The position numbers were made by a program, and so were the translations under genes. From assembly GCA_011364975.1 (NCBI GenBank), contig RDOE01000034.1:1-35488 (forward strand): a stretch of 35,488 bases of DNA, in the 5' to 3' direction. Every line of letters begins with the position of its first letter. Position 1 is the first letter of the stretch. This document shows positions 8,601-17,368 of this stretch, piece after piece. The DNA is from Promethearchaeota archaeon. Lineage in GTDB: Archaea; Asgardarchaeota; Lokiarchaeia; Sigyniarchaeales; SOKP01. The notes beneath the pieces were generated by a model, which worked only from the letters and a program-made list of their open reading frames with translations, made no database searches and was not told the origin of the DNA.

Positions 8601-9690
8601 AAAAGTAAAATCATTAAAGGATCGGATAAAATTACTTCGCTCAAACACTATCCAGAAGATATTAAAGTCAAATCCTAAAAAAATAGACCACCCTATTAGT
8701 TTTTGGATAAAAGAAGACCGTTTGAGGAACGAGAAAGGAAAAGAGTTTACAATAATTTTAAGAACAAGAGGTTGTAGCTGGGCCTTAGGAGATAATGGAG
8801 GCTGTTCAATGTGTGGATATCTTCAAGATTCTTATATGAATAAGGTTGAGGATAAATATATAATCCAACAATTTGATTATGCTTTTCAAAAAAAGATTGA
8901 AGAAATTTCAAACTCTAAGGAAAATTTTTCGATAAAATTGTATAATTCTGGAAGCTTTTTGGATGATGATGAAATTTCCGAGGAAGCCCGTTATAAAATC
9001 TTTAAAAAGATTGCTGAAGTACCAAATATTACTGAAATTGTAATTGAATCTCGAGTGGAATACATTGAAGAGTTTAAAATAAAGCAATTAACCCGAATTT
9101 TAAAAGAGAAGTATCTTGAGATTGCAATTGGTTTAGAATCTACTGATGATTATATTAGAAATAATTATATTAACAAAGGATTAGTTTTTCAAGATTTTAT
9201 TAATTCAATAAAATTATTGAAATCATGTAATGTTGGCATAAGAGTTTATCTTCTATTAAAACCTCCTTTTTTAAATGAACAGGCAGCAATTGATGATTGT
9301 ATAAAGTCAATCAACGAGCTGATAGATTTAAAAGTTAATACTATCTCTATAAATCCGGTGAATATTCAGAAAGATTCCTTAGTTGAATATTTATGGCGTC
9401 AAAATAGATATAGACCGCCATGGTTTTATTCATTATTTAAAGTTTTAAGGGAAATATTGAAGACACATTCAAATCTAAATTCAATAAGATTGATTTCTGA
9501 TCCTTCTGGAGCAGGCACTAAACGAGGAATACACAATTGCTTAAAAAAAGAATGCAACAACCTAATGATAAATGTTCTTAAAGATTTTGTTTTAAATCAG
9601 GATGCCAAACTCATTTTAGATAAAGAAAATTATAGCCAATGTGACTGTTTAATCAAATATCGCCTTCAAAAAGACCATATCTTAATATAA
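8587..9690 (+). CDS. raSEA: Archaeosine biosynthesis radical SAM protein RaSEA
   Basis: LRTRGC-X9-CSMCGY cluster motif, YNSGSFLDDDE, ESRVEY, EIAIGLES, INKG, YLLLKPPFL, YRPPW, RGIHNC; overlaps arcS by 14 nt. Confidence 0.92.
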   Translation: MKNYEKVKSLKDRIKLLRSNTIQKILKSNPKKIDHPISFWIKEDRLRNEKGKEFTIILRTRGCSWALGDNGGCSMCGYLQDSYMNKVEDKYIIQQFDYAFQKKIEEISNSKENFSIKLYNSGSFLDDDEISEEARYKIFKKIAEVPNITEIVIESRVEYIEEFKIKQLTRILKEKYLEIAIGLESTDDYIRNNYINKGLVFQDFINSIKLLKSCNVGIRVYLLLKPPFLNEQAAIDDCIKSINELIDLKVNTISINPVNIQKDSLVEYLWRQNRYRPPWFYSLFKVLREILKTHSNLNSIRLISDPSGAGTKRGIHNCLKKECNNLMINVLKDFVLNQDAKLILDKENYSQCDCLIKYRLQKDHILI

Positions 9691-9814
9691 GATTAAAGTT
9701 AGATTCACTTCTAAGTTTTTTTTCTTTAATGTAAATCAAAGTTAAAGAAAAACAATATTTAAATATAAGGGTACAATGTTCTATTTTATATTTTATAAAT
9801 TTTAGGGTCGTTTA

Positions 9815-10066
9815 TTGCAAAAATATATTAAGCTTAATCTATTTTATATTGGAACTTCAAAGAAACATCTTATTTTTCGAGCAAAGAAATTAAATAAGAA
9901 TTTAGCATTTAATATAATCCATAAACGTGTATTCACAGAGCAATATGAAGAGATTGGGTATATTAAAGAAATCTTTGGTCCGGTAAATTTGCCCTTTGTA
10001 TCGATAAAATTAACACCTAATCAAACTTTTGACCCGAATTCTAAAATTTATGCTAAATTGCGTTAA
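9815..10066 (+). CDS. gar1: H/ACA RNP subunit Gar1/Naf1
   Basis: IGYIKEIFGPVNLPFVSIK matches the Gar1 IG.V.DIFGPV..PY signature; lies directly upstream of tfb, as commonly seen in archaea. Confidence 0.85.
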   Translation: MQKYIKLNLFYIGTSKKHLIFRAKKLNKNLAFNIIHKRVFTEQYEEIGYIKEIFGPVNLPFVSIKLTPNQTFDPNSKIYAKLR

Positions 10067-10090
10067 ATTAAATTAATAGTTTATAATTAG

Positions 10091-11062
10091 GTGAAAAATA
10101 TTTCAAGTAAATATCCAGTAAATGCTGTATTTGAAGAAAAACTTAATTCTCAGGGAACTAATTGTATAGAATGTGGAAATAACTTAATTGAATGTGAACA
10201 TAGAGGATTAATAGTATGTGAACAATGTGGACTAGTTCACGCAGAAAAGCATATTGATCACGGTCCCGAATGGAGAGCGTTCAATGCTGATCAGAAAAAG
10301 AAGAGAACAAGGACAGGAGCACCTATGACATATATGATCCACGATAAAGGATTAAGTACTATGATTGATTGGAAAAATAGAGACATTTTTGGTAAAGAAA
10401 TTTCTGCAAAAATTCGAGGGCAGATCTATCGATTAAGAAAATGGCAAAGTCGAATTAGAGTTTCAGATGCCACAGAGCGAAATCTTACCTTTGCATTAAG
10501 TGAATTGGACAGAATGGCATCGAATTTAGATTTACAAAAAAGTCTTCGCGAATGTGCCGCCAAAATATATAGAGACGCTGTTGAAGCTCATCTTATCCGT
10601 GGTCGCAGCATTGAGGGTGTGTCCGCCGCCTCACTTTATGCTGCTTGTAGAATGTATAAGGTTCCAAGAACTTTGAATGAAATTGCTGAAGTTGCTAGAG
10701 TTGATAAGAAAGAGATTGGAAGGAGTTTCAGATTTATCTCAAATGAGCTATATTTGAGTTTAAATCCAACAAAACCATTAGATTTCTTGTCAAGATTCGT
10801 TTCAGAGTTAGAGTTGAGTTCAGAATGTCATAAATCAGCAAAAAAGATTATTAAAATTGCTGAATCAAAAGGACTAACTTCAGGTAGAGGACCAACAGGT
10901 GTATGCGCTGCAGCAATATATGCTGCAAGTATTTTAACAAAAGAAAGACGAACACAAAGAAAGATTGCGCAAATATCTCAAGTCACCGAAGTAACTGTGA
11001 GAAACCGGTTTAGTGAATTAATCGAGAATTTAGATTTAGGAATAAATCTCAAGAAGAAATAA
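10091..11062 (+). CDS. tfb: Transcription initiation factor IIB (TFB)
   Basis: Zn ribbon CIECG...CEQCG, B-reader GPEWRAF, RTGAP, HDKGLST, two cyclin repeats ([21 protein letters not shown]). The start may be ATT at 10100 rather than GTG at 10091. Confidence 0.97.
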   Translation: MKNISSKYPVNAVFEEKLNSQGTNCIECGNNLIECEHRGLIVCEQCGLVHAEKHIDHGPEWRAFNADQKKKRTRTGAPMTYMIHDKGLSTMIDWKNRDIFGKEISAKIRGQIYRLRKWQSRIRVSDATERNLTFALSELDRMASNLDLQKSLRECAAKIYRDAVEAHLIRGRSIEGVSAASLYAACRMYKVPRTLNEIAEVARVDKKEIGRSFRFISNELYLSLNPTKPLDFLSRFVSELELSSECHKSAKKIIKIAESKGLTSGRGPTGVCAAAIYAASILTKERRTQRKIAQISQVTEVTVRNRFSELIENLDLGINLKKK

Positions 11063-11188
11063 TATTTCTTATTCTTTATTATTAAATTTCATCATTTTTT
11101 GCGATAATATCACGATAATATATTGTTTAATTTTTACATTTTTTCATTAGTTTTCTAAGAGCAATTTATTTTTGGTAGGTCTTTTTAT

Positions 11189-11551
11189 ATGAAACAAGAA
11201 AATGATAAGTTAATAAACCAGACTGAAGTAAATTATTTCTTATTTCGAATAAAAAAAAATTTTCCGAATTTTGTTGCTGGAGTCATTACTGATAGAAATG
11301 GTTTTCCAATTGGCTCTGAAATATCAAAGCGATTATGGATACACGAAAATAGATTAGCTTTATGGGCGGTTTCAAAAAGTAAGGAGAATAAGGATTTAAT
11401 TAATGATCCAAACCTAATCCAATTAAAGTTTGATATTGATAAAGCAAAAAGATATAAATTATTCATATTACTCGAAAGGAATGGAAATGGTAGTATTAAA
11501 AATGGGATGAAACCACTCAAAGAAATTATAAAAACACAAGAATTATTTTGA
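11189..11551 (+). CDS. Divergent Roadblock/LC7-like small protein
   Basis: Helix followed by PNFVAGVITDRNGFPIGS, a beta-hairpin typical of Roadblock folds; the rest is divergent. Confidence 0.55.
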   Translation: MKQENDKLINQTEVNYFLFRIKKNFPNFVAGVITDRNGFPIGSEISKRLWIHENRLALWAVSKSKENKDLINDPNLIQLKFDIDKAKRYKLFILLERNGNGSIKNGMKPLKEIIKTQELF

Positions 11552-11655
11552 TGTATGCCCCTTTTCTTTAACCGTCTTGTTTTTATGTGAAATAAATTTT
11601 TAAAGATTAAATTTCATTTGTATAGTATATTAATAACGGAAATACTAGAGTGTGC

Positions 11656-11663
11656 TTTATATA
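11656..11663 (+). promoter_or_regulatory. Probable TATA box for the Roadblock gene at 11717
   Basis: TTTATATA ~54 nt upstream of the GTG start; SD-like AGGTTGA 5 nt before the GTG. Confidence 0.4.
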
Positions 11664-11716
11664 ACTCTAAATAAATTCTAAAATGATTTAGCTAATTCGA
11701 AAAAAGGTTGAAATAA

Positions 11717-12178
11717 GTGAATTATTCTGAAGATGAACGTCAACTTAAGTTAATCTTAAAGGAGATAATTAATAGTACGGCAGGATTAAAATACGCAATA
11801 ATCATAGACGATACTGGAATAACAGTAATGAGTGAGTCAAAATTTAAATTTGATGATACCTCCGTTGAGAAAATAGGGGCTATAGGAGGTGCTGTATTTA
11901 CCGCAGGAGATGAACAAGGATATATTCTCGGTTATGGTAATATTACGCTCCAAATTACAGAATACGACAAAGGAATGTTATTTTCTATTAAAATAGGGAA
12001 AGGGGTTTTATGCATCGCTACCGACAAAAAGGTACAAATTGGATATATTACAGCGATTATGAAACGTTATGCTAAAAATCTCTCTTCCATACTAAATAGA
12101 TATTTAAAAACCGATCAGGGAGAAATCAATAAAGAATTAAAAGAACTATTTAATTCAGATTCTATAAGTCTTTTATAG
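11717..12178 (+). CDS. Roadblock/LC7 (LAMTOR2/MglB-like) domain protein
   Basis: GLKYAIIIDDTGITV, helix EKIGAIGGAVFTAG..G..LG.G, strands QITEYDKGMLFSIKIG-GVLCIAT, and a closing helix IGYI...: the canonical Roadblock layout. Confidence 0.88.
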   Translation: MNYSEDERQLKLILKEIINSTAGLKYAIIIDDTGITVMSESKFKFDDTSVEKIGAIGGAVFTAGDEQGYILGYGNITLQITEYDKGMLFSIKIGKGVLCIATDKKVQIGYITAIMKRYAKNLSSILNRYLKTDQGEINKELKELFNSDSISLL

Positions 12179-12675
12179 AAAATATCAGCATATATTGTAG
12201 CCTGAAAACACTAACCTTTTTTGTCATTTTAAGGTAATACCTTTAAAATCGAAAAAATTCTCTCGTGTTAGGCAATAATTTCTATGCCTTTTTGGGAACA
12301 TAATCATGTCTTCTGCGTGGGTACTGACTCAAACTTCATCGTTAGGGTGTTTACCCTTACTAGGTTAAGAGCCCATTTTATCAGAATATATTGACTATTT
12401 AAATTCAGGATGTAAGCATTTTTTTGCGCATATACTCATGTATTCATATATGTCCTCGAGAAATGCCTTTATTCCTTCATTATTTTCCCAATAGAATTAA
12501 AGAATTACTAGGTTATTAATTTTATTTGGTGAACTACAAAAGCAATATATATAAGAGATTTAATTAACTATTAATGCCTCTGCAACTGAAAAAGCTGCTT
12601 TAATAGGATATTTATTTAGAAATGTTATGAACTAATAGTTAAAAAGTTAAAGATAAAAGAAAAAAAAAATTTTTA

Positions 12676-13416
12676 TTATTTATTTCCATATTTTTTGAAT
12701 AATATAATCCCAAGAAGCACAATAACTACACTTACAATGGAGATAAAGGCAAAATCAATTAAAATATTAGAAGCCATAAGAGAACTTCCACCAAATATTG
12801 ATTTTAACGCATCAGTTGCATAATAGCTTGGGAGTATCATTGCTATCGGACGTGTGGTGCTTGTGATTGGAATAAATGTCCCAAAAAACATTTGGGGTAA
12901 GATGAAGATAAATGATAAACCAGTTGCTACACCGGAACTTTTTGATATGGTTGCGGTAATTAATCCTAACCCAACAGAGCTAAGCGAGAAAATTGCCATT
13001 AGTAGAATTGCTAAAAGTATACCAAAAATATTGGTATTTACACTGAATCCAAAAAACTGGGCTAAAATGAAAACAATCAATACTTGCAGCATCGAAATTA
13101 TCATGTTTGCAATAATTTGACTTCCCATAAATTCAGAAGCCTTCATTGGAGTAATAGCTAATCTCCTTAATAATCCTTGTTCTCTTGCATCGGAAAATGC
13201 TTGTGCTACGATCATTATAATGAAAATGCACGCATAAGCAAATAGGCCAGGTGCCATTGTATTAAATGACATTCCTAATTCTGGATCGCTAAAGGCAAAT
13301 CCAAAAATTATTGTTAAAACGGCTGGAAAGAGAAACATTAAGAACACATAAGCAGGTTCTCTAATTATCTTCTTTAATTCCATTTTCAATAAAGCAAAAA
13401 GTTTTTGTATATCCAT
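12676..13416 (-). CDS. ABC-2 type transporter permease
   Basis: ELKKIIRE, about six TM segments, REQGLLRRLAITP, FFGTFIP..ILPSYYA; adjacent to the ATPase gene. Confidence 0.92.
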   Translation of the reverse strand: MDIQKLFALLKMELKKIIREPAYVFLMFLFPAVLTIIFGFAFSDPELGMSFNTMAPGLFAYACIFIIMIVAQAFSDAREQGLLRRLAITPMKASEFMGSQIIANMIISMLQVLIVFILAQFFGFSVNTNIFGILLAILLMAIFSLSSVGLGLITATISKSSGVATGLSFIFILPQMFFGTFIPITSTTRPIAMILPSYYATDALKSIFGGSSLMASNILIDFAFISIVSVVIVLLGIILFKKYGNK

Positions 13417-14241
13417 TTACATCCCCTCCATGATTCTTCTTCCTGTAATTTTCATAAATACACCTTCTAAATTATCTGATTCATATTTCTTCATCAAATC
13501 TTTTGGTGAACCAATATCTAATAATTCACCATAATCGATAATAGCGACTCTATCGCAAAGAGCTTGAGCCTCTTCAATATAATGAGTAGTCAATAAAACA
13601 GTTCTTCGTTCATTTTTAAAGTTACCAATGAATTCCCACGTCCTTCTTCGAGCACGGGGATCCATTCCAACTGTTGGTTCATCCAAGAAAGTTATCTTGG
13701 GACTGTTTATAATTGAAATTATTAAATTCAATTGACTTAGCATTCCACCACTATATCCTTTTGTTTTACGCTTACTTGCATTAGAAAAATCTAATTTGCT
13801 AATAAGTTCATCAGCTCTCTTTTTTAAATCTTCTTTAGGCATTGAATAAAGACTTCCAAATAGTTCTATATTTTCTCTACCAGTTAAAAATTTGAATACT
13901 GCATGCTCTTGTGGACACACGCCTATCAATTCTTTTACATCTGAAAGATTTTCACGAATATCGTAGCCGTAGATAGATGCAGTTCCATCCGTAGGTTTAA
14001 TTAACCCTATTAACATATTAATTGTGGTGGTTTTTCCAGCACCATTTGGGCCTAATAATCCGAAAATCTCTCCGGATTTAATGTTAAATGAGATTCCATC
14101 AACTGCTTTCACGTCTTCAAAGCCTTTCTTTCCCTTGAAATATTTTTTTAAACCCCTTACTTCAATAGCTAATTCATCATCAGGATTAATAATATTTTCT
14201 GGTTTTTGATATTGTTTTAATTTTGATTTTGTTTCAGCCAT
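13417..14241 (-). CDS. ABC exporter ATP-binding protein (DrrA-like)
   Basis: Walker A GPNGAGKTT, signature YSGGM, Walker B FLDEPT, H-loop TTHY. Confidence 0.95.
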   Translation of the reverse strand: MAETKSKLKQYQKPENIINPDDELAIEVRGLKKYFKGKKGFEDVKAVDGISFNIKSGEIFGLLGPNGAGKTTTINMLIGLIKPTDGTASIYGYDIRENLSDVKELIGVCPQEHAVFKFLTGRENIELFGSLYSMPKEDLKKRADELISKLDFSNASKRKTKGYSGGMLSQLNLIISIINSPKITFLDEPTVGMDPRARRRTWEFIGNFKNERRTVLLTTHYIEEAQALCDRVAIIDYGELLDIGSPKDLMKKYESDNLEGVFMKITGRRIMEGM

Positions 14242-14575
14242 AATAATTCACTTTTTTGTTTTAATTATTTTTATTTTTAAGTTTATATAAGACATTCTTA
14301 GTCCAATTTTTAATGTTGAAATAGGTAATATCGTTTATATTTTTAACCATAACCATCCTTCAGAATAAATGGTAAAAATTAATAAGGAAATAGGCATTTT
14401 TTATCCCACTTGGATGATAAAATTTACATAAATTTAGATTTTAATCTTAAAGCTAGAATATAAAATGGATTCAAGGTGGTAAATAGGATTTTTATAGGTT
14501 TTTTTTTTAATGAAAAATTTAAAATTAATACCTAAAATTCACCTTAAAGTATTAAAATTGTCCACTTCCTATACT

Positions 14576-15526
14576 TCAGTTTGATCTGATTTCTCTAACT
14601 TTACCTTCTAGATAGAAATTTATCCATGTAGGAAAATTCTCTCCTTCTAGCAACACCAGCACCTTAATAGATTCAAAAATAGTGTCTATTAATAATTGAT
14701 TTTCAATCTCTTGAAGTTGTTTCATAGATTGGAACCATACACATAATAGTTTCATATTAGGTAAATTGCTAAACTCCCATAAGAAGACAAAATTAGCCCC
14801 AAATTTTTTTCGCAAATTTTCTGTTAAGTTTAAATCTACGGGGTTTAATAGAGGATCTAGGTTTAATATAATAAAAGATAAGGTTTCTCCAGTTTTATCG
14901 GGATACCAATCAATTGTGAATATTATAAGATTTTTTTCAATTAACATATCTAAATGTCTTCTGATTGTTTTAACATTTAACCCTAATTCACCCGCAATAT
15001 CTACAACTGTCTTACGTGAGTTATCTTTTAATGAATTGATAATTAAATAATCTAAACTATCAACTTTAGTCCTTTCAATGTCGGTTAGAGTGGTTGACTG
15101 TTCTTGTTTTTCTAAACCAACAATAAGATCATCAATTTCTCCGATACTGCGAACAAAAGAAACTAAAGAGTCTAATTCATTCAAATTTCGTATATAGGCA
15201 TGGATGAAAAAGATATTACCACTTGCTCGCGCTACATTGTATATAAATTCATTTTCTCCTAGTTTACTAATCAAATCTTTAACGTTTGAACTCTTAGGTG
15301 TTCCAAACATAATCACATTTACAACATTAGAAAAAAAGTAAATCGATAATCGAGTTTTAAAATTTTGAATTACACCTAACTCTACTAAAGATTTTACTCT
15401 CTTATGGATGGAATTAACACTCATACTAAACATCTTAGATAGATCCTTAAATGAGATTCTTGAATTGCCCATCAAGATCATAGAAAGAGTGAAATCTATA
15501 TCATCCATAGTTAATTCAAATTTCAA
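14576..15526 (-). CDS. Tandem (double) Lrp/AsnC-family transcriptional regulator
   Basis: MDDIDF...NSRISFKDLSK..SVNSIHKRVKSL and DSLDYLIINSLKDNSRKTVVDIAGELGLNVKTIRRHL wHTH units, each followed by a RAM-like domain. Confidence 0.87.
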   Translation of the reverse strand: MKFELTMDDIDFTLSMILMGNSRISFKDLSKMFSMSVNSIHKRVKSLVELGVIQNFKTRLSIYFFSNVVNVIMFGTPKSSNVKDLISKLGENEFIYNVARASGNIFFIHAYIRNLNELDSLVSFVRSIGEIDDLIVGLEKQEQSTTLTDIERTKVDSLDYLIINSLKDNSRKTVVDIAGELGLNVKTIRRHLDMLIEKNLIIFTIDWYPDKTGETLSFIILNLDPLLNPVDLNLTENLRKKFGANFVFLWEFSNLPNMKLLCVWFQSMKQLQEIENQLLIDTIFESIKVLVLLEGENFPTWINFYLEGKVREIRSN

Positions 15527-15620
15527 GAATATTGAAGAATTATTATTATATTATATCTAAGTTTTTATTATAAAGTTATTGTGATAAATAAAATTAATAA
15601 CTAAAATCTAAGTCTTTTTC

Positions 15621-16223
15621 ATGCATTTAGTCTTTTTTGTTAAATCTGCAACTGTGGACATTGAAAAGTTTAATATTAAAGATATAACAGGCTCTTCCGG
15701 GAGATTAGATGTGATATCTAGGTGTATCCTATCTGCGCTTATTGGTGAAGAGGGTTTGGAAAATAATGTTCAAATCTGGATTTTTTTAGATAAATATGGA
15801 ACCTTTATTTTTGATTCTAATGGTTTTGATAAAAATACTTTTCCCGTTTCGGAAATAAAACTTTCAAATTATTTTGTTAATTTAATTTTAGATAAAAAGG
15901 AGAATAGAAGAATAGAAGATAATCCCCTCAATACCGTAAAGTATATTCAATCGAATTTCTTTGAAGAAGTAAAAAGATTTAAGAAAAAATGGTATAAGAT
16001 AGTAGTGTTAACTGAAAACGGGATTCATTTCGAGGAAATCTTCTTGAATATTCTTAAGGATGATAATTTACTGTTTATTGTTGGAGATCAAACAGGAGAG
16101 ATAGTAAACAATATTGAATTACAAGATCAAAGTGTTATAAATATGAGCTTAGGAAAGAAATCATATTTAGCTTCTTCTGTTATCCGTCTTATCAAACTTA
16201 ATTTAAACTTATTAATATCATAA
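15621..16223 (+). CDS. trmY: tRNA (pseudouridine54-N1)-methyltransferase, SPOUT family
   Basis: DITGSSGRLDVISRCILSAL, SE motif, L.E.G, FIVGDQTG, SLGKKSYLAS SPOUT knot motifs. Confidence 0.85.
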   Translation: MHLVFFVKSATVDIEKFNIKDITGSSGRLDVISRCILSALIGEEGLENNVQIWIFLDKYGTFIFDSNGFDKNTFPVSEIKLSNYFVNLILDKKENRRIEDNPLNTVKYIQSNFFEEVKRFKKKWYKIVVLTENGIHFEEIFLNILKDDNLLFIVGDQTGEIVNNIELQDQSVINMSLGKKSYLASSVIRLIKLNLNLLIS

Positions 16224-16286
16224 ATTTTTTATTAAAAAAAAGTGTTTAATTCATATCATCGCTAGAAAAGGTTAAGAGCTTAAAAT

Positions 16287-16976
16287 TTGAGTAATAACAA
16301 AAACTATTTAACTAAAAGAGAAAATCAGAGAAGAATCTTAAATAGATTCATAGATCGTCCCGTAAAATATCTGGTTAAGCATAAAATCAGTCCTGATACG
16401 TTATCTTACATAGGCTTTTTATTTTCACTAGCAACAGCGATTTGTATTACTTTCGATGGATTACATTTTCCATTTGTTATAGCTTGGATTACTCCACTTT
16501 TATTATTTTGGGCAGGAGCCTTGGATGTATTTGATGGGGAAGTTGCTCGTAGAACCAACGCAAACTCAATGGTAGGTGCTTTCTTAGATTCTAATTTAGA
16601 CAGACTTTCTGATGCAATCTTGATCATCTCGTTAATATTGGGAAACTATATTAATTATCTTTTAGGATCAATAATTTTATTCCTAGTAATTATGATTTCA
16701 TATATTAGAGCTAAAGCAGAAAACCAAGGGATTGATATGAGGGGAGTTGGCATGATGGAGCGTGGAGAACGTCTTATTATCTTGTGGTTCGGATTTATTG
16801 CAGAAATTGAGCTCTATTTTTTTACAAATCTTATTTTTGGGACACCCTTTAAATGGTTTTTTCCCATCTTCATTTCAATCTTCACTTTACTATTAGCCTT
16901 AACAGTAATACAAAGATTGGTTTTTTCCTTTAGAGCATTACGTAAATTAGATAATCAAAATAAGAGCTTGTATTAA
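16287..16976 (+). CDS. CDP-alcohol phosphatidyltransferase (archaetidylinositol-phosphate synthase-like)
   Basis: ISPDTLS, DVFDGEVARR...GAFLDSNLDRLSD family motif, SYIRAKAE, G.MERGER. Confidence 0.92.
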   Translation: MSNNKNYLTKRENQRRILNRFIDRPVKYLVKHKISPDTLSYIGFLFSLATAICITFDGLHFPFVIAWITPLLLFWAGALDVFDGEVARRTNANSMVGAFLDSNLDRLSDAILIISLILGNYINYLLGSIILFLVIMISYIRAKAENQGIDMRGVGMMERGERLIILWFGFIAEIELYFFTNLIFGTPFKWFFPIFISIFTLLLALTVIQRLVFSFRALRKLDNQNKSLY

Positions 16977-17094
16977 TTTATAAGAATTTTTTAGAATTTA
17001 TTGATTTAAAGCGATAAAGAATAAATTTTTTAAGGTTTGTACAATTCAAAGATCTATAATTTAGATAATATAACTTAAATTAAGGCTGATTTTC

Positions 17095-17367
17095 ATTCCA
17101 AAAAAAAGGAGAAGCGGTGGAAAAAGCGGTTCAAGTAAGGGACAATATAGAACTGTTCAATGCACCAACTGTGGACGATTTGTTCCACGAAGCAAAGCAA
17201 AAGCTGTAACAAGAAGAGTATCTTTAGTTGATGGGAGAATGTTTGCGGAACTAAAAAAAGCAGGTACTATTATTCAAACTCCAAGCAAAACGGCTTATTA
17301 TTGCATTAGCTGTGCTGTGCATAGCCATCAAATATCCCAGCGTGATAAAAACCTTAGAAAGGAATAA
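17095..17367 (+). CDS. rps26e: 30S/40S ribosomal protein eS26 (missed by the ORF track; non-canonical ATT start)
   Basis: Manual translation: (I/M)PKKRRSGGKSGSSKGQYRTVQCTNCGRFVPRSKAKAVTRRVSLVDGRMFAELKKAGTIIQTPSKTAYYCISCAVHSHQISQRDKNLRKE*, 90 aa. It has the eS26 Zn ligands CxxC...YCISCAVH and the PKKR N-terminus. Confidence 0.95.
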   Translation: MPKKRRSGGKSGSSKGQYRTVQCTNCGRFVPRSKAKAVTRRVSLVDGRMFAELKKAGTIIQTPSKTAYYCISCAVHSHQISQRDKNLRKE

Positions 17368-17368
17368 C

